Of a DNA stretch of 64,000 nucleotides, positions 1-15,450 are shown one piece after another. Each line of letters begins with the position of its first letter. Position 1 is the first letter of the stretch. The notes beneath the pieces are model-generated. The model worked only from the letters and a program-made list of their open reading frames with translations. It was not told the DNA's origin and made no database searches. A program made the position numbers and the translations under genes. The stretch lies in NCBI RefSeq assembly GCF_009914755.1, contig NC_060932.1; one strand, given 5' to 3'. Origin of the DNA: the human T2T-CHM13v2.0 reference genome, Homo sapiens.

Positions 1-456
1 AAAGATAATTGCCTAGGCACATAGTCATCACGTTATCTAAAGTCAACACAAAGGAAAGAATCTTAAGAGCTGTGAGGCAAAAGCATCAGGTAACCTATAA
101 AGGAAAACCTATCAGATTAAGAGCAGATTTCTCAGCAGAAACCCTACAAGCTAGAAGGAAGTGGGGTCCTATCTTTAGCCTCCTTAAACAAAACGATTAT
201 CAGCCAAGAATTTTGTATCCAACAAAACCAAGCTTCATAAATGAAAAAAAAGATATAGTCTTTTCAGACAAAAAAATGCTGAGAGAATTTGCCACTACCC
301 AGCCAGCACTACAAGAACTGTTCAAAGGAGCTCTACATCTTGAAACAAAACCTCAAAATACATCAAAATAGAAACTTCTGAACACATAAATCTAACAGGA
401 CCTATAAAACAATAATACAATGAAAAAAAAAGCAAGGTATTCAGGCAACAACTAGC

Positions 457-3400
457 ATGATGAATAGAATAGTACCTTACATCTCAATATTAATGTTGAA
501 TGTAAATGGCTTGAATGCTCCACTTAAAAGATACAGAATGGCAGAATGGATAAGAATTCACCAACCAAGTCTCTTCTGTCTTCAAGAAATTCGCCTAACA
601 CATAAGGACTCACATAAACTTAAGGTAAAGAGGTGGGAAAAGATATTCCATGTAAATGGACACCAAAAGAGAGCTGGAGTAGCTATTTTTATATCAGACA
701 AAACAAACTTCAAAGCAACAACAGTTAAAAAAAAAAAAGACAAAAAGGGACATTATATTATGATAAAAGGACTAGTCCAACAGGAAAATATTACAATCCT
801 AAATATATATGCATCTAACACTTGAGCTCCCAAATTTGTAAAATAATAACTACTAGACCTAAGAAATTAGATAGGCAGCAACACAATAATGGCAGGGGAC
901 TTCAATACTCCATGGACAGCACTAGGCAGGTGATATAGACAGAAAGTCAACAAAGAAACAATGAACTTAAACTATACCCTGGGAACAAATGAACTTAACA
1001 GATATTTACTAAACATTCTAAGTAACAACTGCAGAATAGACATTCTATTCATAAGCACATGGAACATTCTCCAAGGTGGACCATAAGATAGCCCACAAAA
1101 CCAGTCTCAACAAATTTATGAAAATTGAAATTATATCAAGTACTCTCTCAGACCACAGAGGAATAAAACTGGATATCAATTGCAAAAGGAAACCTCAAAA
1201 CCCTGCAAATATATAGAAATTAAATAATCTGCTCCTGAATAATTGCTGGGTCAACAATGAAATCAAGATGGAAACTTAAAAATTGTTTGAACTGAACAAT
1301 AATAGTAACACAACCTATCAAAGCCTCTGAGATACAGCAAAAGCAATTCTAAAGGAAAAGTTAAAGCATTAAATGCCTACATCAAAAAGTCTCAAAGAGC
1401 ACAAATAGACAATCTCAGGTCACACCTGAAGGAGCTAGAGAAAGAAGAACAAACCGAATCCAAACCCTGCAGAAGAAATAACAATGATCAGAGCAGAACC
1501 AAATATATTGAAAAAAAAAAATACAAAAGATAAGTGAAACAAAAAGCTGGTTCTTTGAAAGATAAATAAGATTGATGGACCATTTGCAATATTAACCAAG
1601 AAAAGAGAGAGAATCCAAATAAGCTCAATTAGAAACAAAATGAGAGATATTACAAAGAATAACACAGACAAAGATTATTCAAGGTTACTATGAACACATT
1701 TATGTGTACAAACTAGAAAACCTAGAGAAGACGGATAAATTCCTGGAAATATGCAACCCTCCTAGATTAAACCAGGAAGAAATAGAAACCCTGAGCAGAC
1801 CAATAACAAGCAGCAAGATTGAAATGGTAATTTTTTTAAAAAATTACCAATAGAAAAGTCCAGGACCAGATGGATTCATAGCTGAATTCTATCAGACATT
1901 CAAAGAATTGGTACCAATACTATTGACACTATTCCACAAGACAGAGAAAGAAGAAATTCTTCCTCAATCATTCTATGAAGCCACTATCACCCTAAGACCA
2001 AAACCAGGAAAGGATACAACAACAATAACAACAACAAAAACTACAGACCAATACCCTTGATGAACATAGATGCAAAAATCCTCAATAAAATAGTAGCTAA
2101 CCAAATCCAATAGCATATTAAAAAGATAATCCACCATAATCAAGTGGGTTTCATACCAGGGACACAGGGATGGTTTAACATATGCAAGTCAATAAATGTG
2201 ATACACCACATAAACAGAGTTAATTAAAAACACAAATCACATGATCGTATCGACAGATGCAGAAAAAGCATTTGGCAAAATCCAGCATCCTTTTATGATT
2301 AAAACTCTCAGCGAAATTGGCATAGAAGAGACATACCTTAAGGTCATAAAAGCCATCTATGACAAACCCACAGCCAACACTATACTTACTGGGGAAATGT
2401 TGAAAGCATTCCCCATGAGAACTGGAACAAGACAAGGATGCCCACTTTCACCACTTCTATTCAACACAGTACTGGAAGTCTTAGCCAGAGCAATCAGACA
2501 AGAGAAAGAAATAGAGGGCATCCAAATTAGTAAAGAGAAAGTCAAACTGTCACTGTTTACCATTGATATGATCATATACCTAGAAAAGCCTACAGACTAA
2601 TCCAAAAAGAACCTAGAACTGATAAATAAATTCAGTAAAGTTTCAGGATACAAAATTAATATACACAAATCAGTAGCAGTGCTGTACACCAACAGCAACA
2701 AAGCTGTGAATCAAATAAGAACTCAATCCTTTTACAATAGCTGCAATATATATATATATATACACATATATATACACACATATATATACACATATATATA
2801 CATATATATACACATATATATACATATATATATACACATATATATACATATATATATACACATATATATATACACACAATACTTGACAATATACCTAACC
2901 AAGGAGGTGAAAGACCTCTACAAGGAAAACTGCAAAACATTGCTGAAAGAAATTATAGATGGCACAGATGGAAACACCCCATGCTCATGGATGCATAGAA
3001 TCAATATTGTGAAATGACCATACTTCCAAAAGCAATCTACAAATTCAATGCAATTCCCATCACAATACCATCATCATTCTTCACAGAACTAAAAAAAAAA
3101 AAAAAATCCTAAAATTCATGTGGAACCAAAAAAGAGCCCACATAGCCAAGTCAGACTAAGCAAAAAGAACAAATCTGGAGGCATCACATTACCTGACTTC
3201 AAACTATGCTACAAGGCTATAGTCACTGAAGCAGCATGGTACTGATATAAAAATAGGCACATAGACCAATGGAACAAAATAGAGAACACAGAAACAAAGC
3301 CAAATACTTACAGCCAACTGATCTTCGACAAAGCAAACAAAAACATTAAGTGGAGAAAAGACACCCTATTCGACAAATGGTGCTGGGATAATCGGCAACT

Positions 3401-4255
3401 CACATGTAGAAGAATGAAACTGGATCCTCATCTTTCGCCTTATATGTATAAAAAGAAACTCAAGATGAATCAAAGAATTAAATCCAAGACCTGAAACCAT
3501 AGAAATTCTAGAGGATAATATTGGAAAAACCCTTCTAGACATTGGCTTAGGCAAAGACTTCATTACCAAGAACCTAAAAGCAAGTGCAACAAAAACTATG
3601 ATAAATAGATAGGACTTAATTAAACTAAAAAGTTTCTTCACAGCAAAAGAAATAATTAGCAGAGTAAGCAGACAACCCACAGAGTTGGAGAAAATCTTTG
3701 CGAATTATGCATCTGACAAACGACTAATATCCAATATCTACAAGAAACTCAAACTAATCCGCAGGAAAAAAACAAACAAACAATCCCATCAGAAAGTGAC
3801 CTAAGACATGAATAGGCAATTCTAAAAAGAAGATACGCAAATTGTGAACAAACATATGAAAAAATGCTCAACCTCACTGATTATCAGGGAAATGCAAATC
3901 AAAACTACAATGTGATACCACCTTACTCTTGCAAGAATGGTCATAATTTAAAAATCAAAAAAGAATAGATGTTGGCATGGATGTGGTGAAAAGGGAACAC
4001 TTTTATACTGCTGGTGGAAATGTAAACTAGTACAACCACTACGGAAAAAAATGTGAAGATTCCTTAAAGAAGCAAAAATAGATCTGCCATTTGATCCAGC
4101 AATCCCACTACTGGGTATCTACCCAGAGGAAAAGTCATTATACGAAAAAGACACTTGCACGTGCATGTTTATAGCAGCACAACTCACAATTGCAAAAATA
4201 TGGAGCCAGCCCAAATGCCCATCAGTCAACAAGTGCATAAAGAAAATGTGGCATA
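457..4255 (+). pseudogene. L1 ORF2 (endonuclease/reverse transcriptase) pseudogene with many stops and frameshifts
   Basis: Homologous fragments in different frames; premature TGA at 823-825; interrupted by a (TA/CA)n expansion. End coordinate approximate. Confidence 0.88.
2746..2878. repeat. Compound (TA)n/(TATATACA)n microsatellite inside L1 ORF2
   Basis: Directly visible ~130-bp TA/CA array; it produces the spurious YIYI/CVYI ORFs. Confidence 0.97.
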
Positions 4256-4400
4256 TATTTATATGTGTGTGTGTGTATATATATAAAGAAAATTTTTTAA
4301 AATGTATATATTTATATATTTATATTTATATGATATATTATATTATATATGGTATAATATATTTTTATTTTTATATGGTATATAAATATATATATATACA
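4253..4400. repeat. Degenerate TA-rich low-complexity expansion inside L1
   Basis: AT-rich imperfect dinucleotide run inserted at the L1 GTGGTATATATACACCATGG site. Confidence 0.85.
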
Positions 4401-4744
4401 CCATGGACTATTACTCAGCCATTAGAGGGAACAAAATAACTGGATAAAATTGGAGATTATTATTCTAAGTGAAGTAACTCAGGAATGGAAAACCAAACAT
4501 TGTATGTTTTCACTTATAAATGGGAGCTAAGCTATGAGGACTCAAAGGCATAAGAATGACATAATGGACTTTGGGGAATAGGGGGAAGGGTGGGAGTGGG
4601 TGAGGGATAAACGACTACACATTGGGCACAGTGTATACTGCTTGGGTGATGGGTGCACCAAAATCTCAGAAATCATCACTAAAGAACTTACCCATGTAAC
4701 CAAACGCCACCTGTTCTCCAAAAACCCATTGAAACATATATATA

Positions 4745-5220
4745 TAACTATTATTTCCCTGTTGTCCTATGATGGCACCTTTTTCATAAATCAAGTAGAT
4801 CTATTTTCTAACTCTATTATGTTTCATTTATCTATTGTCCTTTCTTATGTAATGGCATACTCTGTTAATTACTGTAATTTACTTGAAAAAAAGTCTTGAT
4901 ATCTGGTAGTATAAGTTCTTCAACTTGGTTCTTCTTCAAGATTGTCTTAACTAATCTTGAGTCTTTGCCTTTTCACATACATTTTAGAAATCAGCATTTT
5001 TATTAAACTGCTGAAATTTTTATTGGGCTTTCTTTGAATTCATAGATTAATTGCTCCACAGATCAATTGGTAGTTTATAATATTGAGTTTCACAATCCAT
5101 TAATGCTTTATATTCTTCCATTCATTTAGACATATTTAATTTCTCTCAATTACATTTTACTGAATTCAGTGTAGTGGCTTGCAAATCTTTTCAGATTTAT
5201 TCTCCCCAAAAAATGAATTT
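4745..5220 (-). mobile_element. Ancient L1M (L1ME-like) ORF2 fragment
   Basis: Antisense L1-like text (TTGATATCTGGTAG...TTCTTCTTCAAGATTGTCTT...CATACATTTTAGAAATCAGC); highly diverged. Confidence 0.65.
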
Positions 5221-5579
5221 TCCCTGTAAACTGGAAATTTTTAAGTGTTTAATTTCTGCTTTGGATGGGAATATAATTTCAATTATTGGCCATCAACATG
5301 ATTGAGTAAACATAAATTCAATATAAATCTTGATGGGTAAGTCCTAATCATAAAATGAAATATTTGTTGGAAAAGCACCTCTTAATGAAATGAATGCAGC
5401 AGTTTTGTTTCAATCAGTTCATGTCTTCATGGATGAATATTAGTTATTGCTAGAATGATAGGCTACCTCAAATACTTCCAATATTTGGTGCTAGTATTTA
5501 TTTATAGAAACCTTGTTCACAGAAAAAATACAAGAATGGGAAGAAATTTGCTATAACAATGTCACTCAATTTTTTAAAA

Positions 5580-5860
5580 TTCCTTCCTTCCCCAAGTATT
5601 TTTTAAGACCTGCTTTGTACTAGACACTGTTCCAGGTTTGGGGGCTATAGCAGGGAGCAAAACATATAAGAGCAGACAAAAATTTTTCCCTTATAAAGTT
5701 TAACTTGTAATGAGGGAGTCTGATAACAAATGAATTTTTTAAGTAAAATATACAATATAGCATAGTAAATAGTGATAAGTATAAAAGAGAAAAAAGTAAA
5801 GCAGGGAAGGAGATAGAACATGTGCAGAAGGTTGACCTGTAGATAAAGAGGCTGAGATAT
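5580..5860 (-). mobile_element. L2 3' fragment
   Basis: CAAGTATTTTTTAAGACCTGCTTTGTACTAGACACTGTTCCAGG... resembles the L2 3' end in reverse. Confidence 0.6.
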
Positions 5861-7630
5861 GTGCCCAAAAATACATAATGACCTATCATCTAAAGTTATT
5901 TTTAAACTACTACTACTAGCTGATGAGGTTCTTCTTCAATTGTTTTGGAAGCAAAAGATTGAAAGCCAGCTACCTTTTTATTAGTAGCTATTACTTTATT
6001 AACATCAGCATACAAAATTAAAACTATCACTTTGTTTGGTGACCCGCAGGCTTGTTCTGCCAGGATGATGCACCAAGTTAAGGTTCCAGATGGCTGAGAT
6101 AAATGCCTGTCCTTGCAAACTGGAAAGAAGATGATTATAGAAGGGAATGAGAGAAGCAAGGTCCAGAATGGCCATACTTTTTCAAAGGCACATAAATTTT
6201 GGAATTGAGTCTCTTGAAATTGAACACTCTACATGCCTACACACCATTTAGGAGGTCTTACATTCACTTGGGGCACACCTTCTCCAGTTTGAAGACCACT
6301 GGTCTCTTATTGCCGCCCTTCTCACTCCCCACAATGAGGAAGAATGAGGATCCGAGACAGAGTTGGGGAGACTTCCAGACCCTCCAGACTCTTGGGGATT
6401 GCCCTCAGTGTTTGTCAAAACAAGTTGCCCTCAAGGACAATTGAACTATATCAGTTCTTCACATAAGTACCTGAGACTGAGGGGGACAGGACAGAGTGGG
6501 AAGCATCCATTTTGCATAGTATTGCTGAGCAGAAAGAAGTAAAAAATGTTGGTAAACTCTGATATGGACAATGCAGGCTCTTGGACTGCATACTCTATTC
6601 TTCCAGTTGGAACTGGCTTAACATTGAGCATTTCATTGGTCCCATGTGCTTCTCTTCAATTTCACATGCCTTCTGAAAGGTGGAGGAGATTTTAAACTTC
6701 CTGAAGCATAAAGAAAACAACCATAAATAGTGATAAAGCTGGCACTTGGGCATCATCTCCCTGCTTGGACATCTCTTCGGGATCACAAAGTTATTTCAGG
6801 AAGGGGGTAGCACAGCCCCAACCACCCCCGGGACATAAGCAACGGTTTAAGGCACTGTCAAGTCCACTGTGCCCAGCAGACCCATCATGGTGCCTTGGTG
6901 GCCACTAGGTATGCCATAAGCAGCCCCAACTGTGGCCTGTGTTTTGGCACAGCAGGCCGTGCCTACTGAATGCTCAGATTCTTCAGACAGGAGACAGCAA
7001 CAGATCAGTGACACTGCAGAGTAGCTCATTCTCTCGTAACAGCAGCAGGGTTTAGTTGCCAGCTACCTCTGAAATAACTAGTCTCTCCTAAAAGCCTTCA
7101 TTATGGTGGGGTGCTGCGAACTCCTCTCTGCAGTCTTTGAAGGGCCTCTCTGTGTGAACTAAGTTGATGTCAAGCCTCTTCCCCAGCTTTATCCTTATGA
7201 ATTTATATCACGGAACAAGAAAATCACAGTGTAATAGCCCCCATATTTGAGTTCTTCAAATGTTTCTTTAAGATGTTATTGCTGGACTTGGCAACTTGTA
7301 AAATAAATGCTGATTAGAAAAGCCTAATACCTACATAGCAGGAACAATGATGGAACAGAAAGCAAGCTCAGAATAAATGTGTTAAGTGCCTCTCAGCTTC
7401 CTGAGTCTTTTCTTTTCTCTGACCTAAACACAATGTTATAGGGGATCTGTGCTCCTAAACTCAGTGACGAGGCAGTGTGCAATATAGCTGGAACAAAACA
7501 AAACGCCTACGTTCTGGTTAATTATTTGCTGAATATAGTTAAACCTGGGACATAAATGACAGCTTGAGCTCACTGGAAATGGCAGGTTTTCACTTTAAGT
7601 GTATCAAAGGCAAAGGCAAAAGTCTCAATC

Positions 7631-7790
7631 TGAGGCTCTTAACCTGGAGTCTATAAATGCAATGGGCTGTGAACCCCATGAAATAAAGTCATTTAATGGA
7701 TATAGAAGTGTGCACTTTCTTACAAAGGGGTTCCTCAAGTTTTATAAGATTATAAAAGAGGTCTGTGATCCTAAAGATAATAAGAGTGAT
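7631..7790. mobile_element. hAT-Charlie non-autonomous fossil (MER103-like)
   Basis: GCTCTTAACCTGGAGTC...GTGAACCCC...AGAGGTCTGTGATCC resembles MER103. Confidence 0.45.
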
Positions 7791-7959
7791 GACTAAATAT
7801 TCTCAAAATCTTATAATTATTAACCCCTTCCCCTCCTTCACTGAGGCAGCAAACACTTGCTCAGTGCCTAGGACTTCCGCACTCCCGTGACATCTGCTTT
7901 GGGGAAACAAACATGAATTAAAGTTCTAGTGAAGAAGAAGAATTAAATTGATATATTTG

Positions 7960-9073
<1,114 letters not shown>

Positions 9074-12017
9074 AGTATTTCTTAAAATAAAAAGAAATTT
9101 GAAGAAAATATAGCAAAAAATATTTATCTTAAAGTGGAAACACAGGCATCTATTATTTTATATTCTACATTTTTCTGTGTATTAAAAGTGTTTTACAACT
9201 TTAAAGTATCTTTTCAAAGATGAAAGCAAAGTCCTTATCAAATTTCAAAATATGTTTAAGATCAGACATGAAAAATAAGTTAAACTTTAAATTGTGTTAA
9301 GTTGCCATATTTATAAAACCAGAGGCATTACTAATGTAATGTCTAGATGATAAAAGAAGATCTTGCTTCAATTTGCCCAGTTCCAACCTCTCTTTCTTCA
9401 TCTAACGGTGTTAATTCACGTCTTCGTGCCAATGTTCTGAGCTTTTAGCTCAGCAGAATCTTGAAAAATCCAAAGAGATATGCATAAACGTACAGGAAAA
9501 TAGACTCCAGTCCACAGAGGAGGATCCAAGTATCTATTCTGGATTTACCATAAGCAGCAAGCATTTCCATAAGAGAAGGGAAACATTAGCACTTAGACTG
9601 CCTCTGAGGAGCACAGTAAATTTCTCAGAGCTGAGGGTGACTCTCCCCATAGCCCCTGGAGGGCTACATCTTCAACTTCATGTGACATGTAGTGAATTAT
9701 TTCTCATAGGAAGCTGCCAGGTTGAAAGCCAGCCACCTTGCACATGTTGTCTCCTGAACAGCAGCACGAGACGAAGGAGAGTCAATTGCCTTGAGTTCCC
9801 CTTTGATTCTGCATAAAGTCAATCAGGTTTGCCATGGCTGAGTGGGGACCTGAATCAGTAGCACTGAATTATCTAATGGAAACTTCATTTGTGTGTCCCA
9901 TAAACAAATAGAAAAGTTGCTATTGGTTGTGTATTTTTTTACAAGTAGAATACAAGTCTGTATTTGCACAGTCAGATGCTGCTATAAATCTAAAGTAGCT
10001 CTGTAATTCCTTCAGTTCTGTGAGAATCCTTGTCAGGAATTGGTGGTGGCTAGAGCGAGTAACCACAAAGATATTCTGTTACAAGTAATATTATTTCTTC
10101 CAAGAAGTTGCTCGGCTGTGCTCCTGGAAGTTGGCACAGGAAGAAGATTTGAAAGGACTGCAAAAGGGTTTCCTGGCTGCAGGCTCTCTCCAGGGGATCT
10201 TTGATGGTAACACCTCAGGTTCTGAGAATGGGTGTAGAGAGCAGCCCACTGTGTGGCTGGCTTTTCTGGATAGTTGATGCCAACCCTTAATTGTGTTGCT
10301 TTTTTTTTTTCTAAAATATATTTTTCACTTCCAGGATCTAATAATCAAAGTACATGGAACTCAATTTCACTGTACTGCAGGCTCCCAGCAAGCTGTGCCC
10401 TGATGCTTCCTTCAGTTGCTCCATCTCTTCTGCTCAATAGTGTTCTTGCTGTTATAACTACAGATTTCCTTGGATGTTTTTATTCCAACCTTCCTTTTCT
10501 AATACTTTTGAAAACCTGTCCATACCTTTTCTATTTCTTTTCGTGTTTCATTGAAATTCACACCCTGATTTCCACTGAAGAAAGTACTTAATTCAGCATC
10601 TTCTCTTCTCTTATCTTTCTCAAAAAAGTGAATTTAAAAATGCAGTTGCTTTACTTTCTTATCAGTGTAATATGACTGCCTTTCCCCAAACATAATTAAA
10701 AACTGAAGGTCTTTCCTAATGAGTTATTTTTAAGTCTTTTGTTAAGTGTTCTATTTCTTAATTTTCTTCATTTTTTAAAGCACTTGATGTCATTTTAAAA
10801 AAGCTTTAAGAATCTGTAAACTCGCCCTCTGTGTACACTTTAATTTGCCCCTTTACTTGAGCTCTCATCCCACTCTAGCAAATGGAAGGTATTGATGCAT
10901 GCATGACAAACTGTTTTTTAATATGAAAACATCCTCACCTTGAGGACTTGGTGGCTTCTGTGGCCAAAAAGACTCATTGCTCTATCCCATCCATGAAGAA
11001 TTCTTGATATTTCAGTTTCTTTATTACTTACTTTTCAAAGATTCCTCCTTAATAGTTAAATTTTTTGTAGTCTTGTCTAGTTCTAGAATCTTGATAATTT
11101 AAGTTTTACCTATATGTGATATATTATTTCTAGAGTTTACAACATTTACATCATGCTAGGTTTCTGATATGCAGAGAAGGTATAGCCAAAAAACAAGTAA
11201 CAGTTTAAAAAGAAAGAAGAAAACAAATAGCAATTTAAAAAAAAAGAAAAGAAAAAACACATAGAAGGTGTGGCTGATTTATAGTGCCATCAACTGCAGG
11301 AACCAGATGTCCTAATTTGGTTAAAACAGTCCTTGCTTACACAAGTTGCCCTGGCACTTTATCTGGTTTAGACTTTGTCCTACATTTTTTAGTTTTCAAA
11401 TGAAATATTACTATTAATAGTTGTATTAGGCAAATCTAGAATGGCCACGTAGACAACTCTTTCCATTTCTACCATAGTCTTATCAAGGTATGCGAGATGC
11501 ATGAGCAATAAACAGAATCCTTTTTTTTTTTTTTTTTTTTTTTTAGAATTCTCTTTTAACTGTATGGTTAAATCTGTAAGAAAACCAACAATACCACTCT
11601 CTTTTCTCCAAAACTTCAAAGACACAATATAACTAGCACCTTCCTTTCAAGGGCAGTATGCAACCTGGTCACTGATAAAGATATGTACTTGGATAGGAGT
11701 AGTGGAGATGGCTAACACCTTCCAGTCTCAGGTGGGTGTGTGAGAGGCACTGAAATCTACAGCTCCTACCAGCACCTCTTCCCACCATATCCAGCTGGTA
11801 GGGTCAGTGGAGAGCACCTGGAAGTGTAAGTTAATGCACTGACACATTAGGAGAAGAAGAATTTCTCAGAGTTAAAATAATGATATCAGTCTTATATACC
11901 AGTTTATAATACTGGAATTACATTAGTTTATCAAATGCTTTCAACAGAACACCAATTAAATTATTTAAATAATTTTAATTTTTTAATCCAGTTCATAGAA
12001 TTAGCATAAGCCTTTTA

Positions 12018-12336
<319 letters not shown>

Positions 12337-12340
12337 TTAG

Positions 12341-12674
<334 letters not shown>

Positions 12675-15279
12675 AGCATAAGCCTTTTAGATGTTCATTC
12701 TGTCCAAGGTAAAACTCTGATATTATTTTAAATCCTGTCATAATCTAATTAAGTAGTAAATATTAAAGATAAATATATTTATTTTGTGGAAATAATACAA
12801 TACAATTTTTGTGAAGTACAACATATGGGTTAAAAAAAACAAAAAATATTCTTACTAAGTTAAAAAATACATGAAGCAGAACTGTATTTGGAATTCAAGT
12901 GCACAGGAAACTTACAACTGCATCCTAATAAAGCCACACTATTTTACCAATGAAAACAGAAATTCAAAGTGTTTTCAAAATCTATATATTTAGAGTAAAT
13001 AAAATAGAATATTTTTGTGATGAGGCTAATGTTGAAAACAAAAAGAAATTCATCATGAAAGAATGTACATTTTCTCTCTTCCCTTCCCTTCATCAATCTG
13101 AGTTCTGACTATTTCGACCTTTGAAGAACTGCTTTGTAAATCAACCTAAGTTTCTTACAATGTCTGTGAGTATTTTTATAAATGAATCTTCTACATTTTA
13201 GTTGCGTTACATTCAAGATCAATTGAAAAACTTAAATTGATTATTCAACAAACCAAAGCACCTCCAAAAAAACTTTCAAAACTCTTCATAAATTGCAATA
13301 ATTGAAAGGTTACAGAAAACATTGACATATCTCCTCACAAAAGCAAAGGAAGACAAATGAGAACTCAAAATGTTGCACAAGAATTGATTTTTTAATTTTA
13401 TAATTTCCCTTTGAGATATCTTGACTTGAGAAAAGACATTTTAGAATGGAGCCCCAGTTTTTAATTGGAAAACTGTATTTTCTGCACCAGAAGGAATAGA
13501 AGTTGATTTGAGAAGTCTTACAATTTTGTAGTGTCTATATTTGGTGAAAAGAATCATAAATAGATACTATTTATGGGTTTTGTCTTATGAATTTTTTGCC
13601 AAAAAAATGCTACTCTGTATGGAGGCAAAATTACAGTATCTGGGAAAATATTTGGGCTAAAATATACTACACATATCCTCCATTTAGCAAACTTGCTTGG
13701 CATTTACACACAAACACACACACACACACTCCTGAGAGTTCAGTTTTCCTACATGCCTGTATGCCTGTTAATGTTAGAGTGCTATAATGCAACCAAAGCT
13801 TGGTTTAAAGTAATTAGTATCTTTAATGGACTATGAAACAGGAGAAACAAACATCATACGTGTACATTAGAATTGGGAGAAGAAAAGATTGAGGCTTTGA
13901 TCAAAACCAAAAGAAACTGGAAAGAATATTACAAAAATGAGAAGTCTATACAGACAGCCAGTTACTCTGCCATTAGGGAGGAAACAAAATCTTTGCAAAA
14001 GGCAGATGCCGATTTTTGGGGAGTGGCTTGGGGACAGAAGGCATTGGAGATAGATTGTGTGGCTTCTCAAATGCCTTTCTAATGATGCAATACATATTCT
14101 TAAGGAAAAAAAAGGATTCTAGCAGCAAGAGGAGACAGTATATCTTTTGATATATAGGGAGAAAGGGCATGTCTGTATGCCTAAGGACAAACACATTATT
14201 TAAAATCTCATGCTATTTAATATTACTTCATTTTTTACTGAAACCAATAACAACTTATTTTTCAGACCCTATGAATCCAGGTTATTTCTGTATTTTTTAA
14301 ATTTCCTCTTTTTGGCTCATTGACAATATTTTTAGTAGTCCTTTTTACTAAACATTTTTTCATTTTATGGTGAACGGATATTTTTGTTAACTTTGCTCTT
14401 ATGCATTCTATTTTAAACATTAGTATTATGTGTATTTTTTACACACTTATTCATATGGCCTATGTTATATTTTCAGTTGATTTCATAGGTGGACTTGATA
14501 CACACTCCTACTACCAGGATCATGTTGAGTTAAAGCCTGTTAAACCAGTAAGTAAAGGTGTGATGATATGGAAAATATTAATCCTTCTAACTCAGCCAAA
14601 ACTAACCAAAAGTGAAATAATTTGAACCTACTACTACTAATCATTGGTTTAATTTTCCACTCATATTTAAAACACACCTTTCACATGTAACCCAACATCA
14701 TCATTATTATTATTCATTCCAAAAAGGATTTGAAGCTGGTGACATGATTTATATTTCAAAAACAATAGTTCTGTCTTATTCCCCTTATCAATAGTTGGTA
14801 ACTACATTTTTTAATGAGATTATTTAATCTGCAGAAGTAAAGAATGAATATGTGTCCTGGGGCAGCACAGCAAAGTAAAAAGGGGAGAAAGACCTGCAGT
14901 GAATCCAGGTCCTCCATGTGACATCCAGGTGCCTTCCTCAGTGTCTCTGAGACTTGTTCTATCACCATACTATGGTTTCACAGGGGGGAAATAGATTAAA
15001 TTGGATAATGTGTGTATGATATATGGAAAGCTGCCTATTACTCTTCCCAGTACTCAAACATTTGACTAACAAGTTCAGGAACAAGTTTTCTATGTTCTTA
15101 GAGGACATGAAAGGAAGTCAGCAACAACAAAACCACCTAAAACTGGTGAGATTTCAGTTGAGTAAAAGAAAGAAATCTTAAGTCACCTAATTAATAAAAT
15201 ACTAGGAAACATGGAAATAGATAGGGTGACTCCATTCCTAGAAAATTCCAAGTAGCACATATAAAACTGTATAAATTAA

Positions 15280-15450
15280 TAATAGCTATCATACACTAAC
15301 CACTTTGCATATATTATCTCACTAAATCTTCATGAAAACACTGCAATGTGCTAATTAATATTCCCACTTTATAAATAAGAAAACTGAGGTTCATAGAGGT
15401 TAGGCAACTTTCTCAAAGTCCCACTATTAGTAAGTTGTGGAGCTGAGATC
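15280..15450 (-). mobile_element. MIR
   Basis: Core AAGAAAACTGAGGTTCATAGAGGTTAGGCAACTTTCTCAAAGTC. Confidence 0.75.

Larger units (their letters stand above)
1..4735 (+). mobile_element. LINE-1, L1PB1-like, cut by the window start; ORF1 3' part, ORF2 and 3'UTR, all decayed
   Basis: ORF track gives ORF1p C-terminus (9-371, PRHIVITLSK...YKGKPIRL), endonuclease start (457-825, NVNGLNAPLKR), RT motif (2241-2600, [13 protein letters not shown]) and C-terminal piece (4165). 3' end GGTGAGGGATAAACGACTACACATTGGG...AAAAACCCATTGAAA resembles L1PB1. Confidence 0.93.

Noticed and set aside
2656-3017. ORFs rich in YIYI/CVYI
   Set aside because: Translations of the TA/CA microsatellite within L1.
10104-10206. 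Exon-like open frame (EVARLCSWKLAQEEDLKGLQKGFLAAGSLQGIFD)
   Set aside because: Weak acceptor (AAG) and donor (GTAACA); no recognised homology.
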